Shown here: positions 63,438-64,000 of the stretch, piece after piece
Layout: every line of letters begins with the position of its first letter
Numbering within the stretch: the stretch's first letter is position 1
NCBI GenBank assembly: GCA_963701095.1
Contig: OY969564.1
Coordinates: 2,016,001-2,080,000, forward strand
Origin: an uncultured Methanoregulaceae archaeon
Lineage (GTDB): Archaea; Halobacteriota; Methanomicrobia; Methanomicrobiales; Methanospirillaceae
Direction of reading: 5' to 3'
Length of the DNA stretch: 64,000 bases
Program-made: the position numbers and the translations under genes
The notes under the pieces: generated by a model
Seen by the model: only the letters and a program-made list of their open reading frames with translations
Database searches by the model: none
What the model was told of the DNA's origin: nothing

Positions 63438-63952
63438 CCAAAAAGAAATCCCCGTCTGAAAAAACGGGAAAAAGGGGTCGTCCGCCCGCATTTAAACCCG
63501 AATTTCACTCTAAATTAGTACTCGAACTCGCAGAGCAGGGAAAGACCAATGCCGAGATCGCCGAAGGCATGGGAATATCAACCGGGACTTTGTGGGCTTG
63601 GGCTAAGAAATATCCTGAATTTCTAAGCGCCCTAAAGACCGGCAAGGAGGAAACCGACAAAGCGGCAGTGAAGACCCTCTTACAGCGTGCGATGGGATAC
63701 ACGACGACCGAAAAGAAAGTTATCCAGAATCCCGACGGCTCCACTCGTAAAGAAATTACGGAAAAATTCGTTGCTCCCGATACAACCGCCTTAATATTCT
63801 GGCTCAAGAACCGCCAGCCACAGGATTGGCGCGACAAGCACGAACAGGAGATCACCGGGAAAGAAGGTGTTCCATTATCAGGGCTCATGATCCCGCCCGA
63901 ATCGTTAAAAGACGTTGGTGATCTCCTCGCCAGAAAAAAGGAGCGAAAATAA
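63434..63952 (+). CDS. Putative terminase small subunit (HTH type)
   Basis: RGRP..F, EIAEGMGIS.GTL.AW.KKYPEF..AL..GK and PDTTALIFWLKNR.P..WRDK pattern. Confidence 0.75.
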   Translation: MTKKKSPSEKTGKRGRPPAFKPEFHSKLVLELAEQGKTNAEIAEGMGISTGTLWAWAKKYPEFLSALKTGKEETDKAAVKTLLQRAMGYTTTEKKVIQNPDGSTRKEITEKFVAPDTTALIFWLKNRQPQDWRDKHEQEITGKEGVPLSGLMIPPESLKDVGDLLARKKERK

Positions 63953-63953
63953 A

Positions 63954-64000
63954 ATGTCAGATACCAAAAACCTGGAACTCGAAAATGCAATGAAAATGCT
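63954..64000 (+). CDS. Start of next viral gene (possibly terminase large subunit), truncated by window
   Basis: ATG 1 nt after the terS stop, AAGGAG upstream; identity inferred from position only. Confidence 0.3.
   Translation, partial: MSDTKNLELENAMKM

Larger units (their letters stand above)
53254..64000. mobile_element. Integrated provirus, probably a head-tail archaeal virus (left end; continues beyond window)
   Basis: Abrupt switch from housekeeping genes to integrase, RHH regulators, DUF1064, Dam-like MTase, short overlapping ORFs, ParB and terminase small subunit. att site not determined. Confidence 0.88.

Noticed and set aside
270..63990. Numerous antisense and alternate-frame ORFs in the track (e.g. 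969..1505, 34209..34775, 61968..62645)
   Set aside because: They overlap well-supported genes and carry no recognisable motifs; treated as shadow ORFs.
1..64000. CRISPR array, rRNA, IS element or reverse transcriptase
   Set aside because: No regularly spaced repeats, rRNA-like segments, transposase or RT motifs seen.

Overview
Archaeal chromosome segment, most likely a Methanomicrobiales methanogen (Methanoregula-like), judged from the gene set: RadA, RPA, Dph5, F390 synthetase, DUF1890/1894, NusA-like, presenilin homolog and tRNA-Thr(CGU). About 1-53.2 kb is mostly host genes. These include a PAPS/APS-reductase-cysteine desulfurase fusion, thiM/thiE, ppsA, a complete NHEJ locus (PrimPol, Ku, ligase-phosphoesterase), a KaiC-like/small-GTPase pair, a leuCDB-like operon, a nitrogenase-like three-gene cluster, oxidative-stress genes, OFOR, dapL-lysA and rpa-radA. 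From about 53.25 kb to the window end lies the left part of an integrated head-tail-type provirus. It carries a tyrosine integrase, divergent RHH regulators, DUF1064, a Dam-like MTase, and an AT-rich inverted cassette (wHTH, ParB-HTH-DUF488 fusion, partner protein). It also has a ~280-nt cluster of structured RNA-like elements, a ParB + ABC-ATPase-GNAT module and a terminase small subunit. The RNA cluster includes a non-canonical tRNA-Thr(UGU), a 9/4 tRNA-like fold and a hairpin displaying an anti-Shine-Dalgarno sequence. About a dozen conserved genes are broken by single-base frameshifts, mostly at short base runs, which points to sequencing/assembly indels. All family assignments come from motif recognition by eye; no database search was run.
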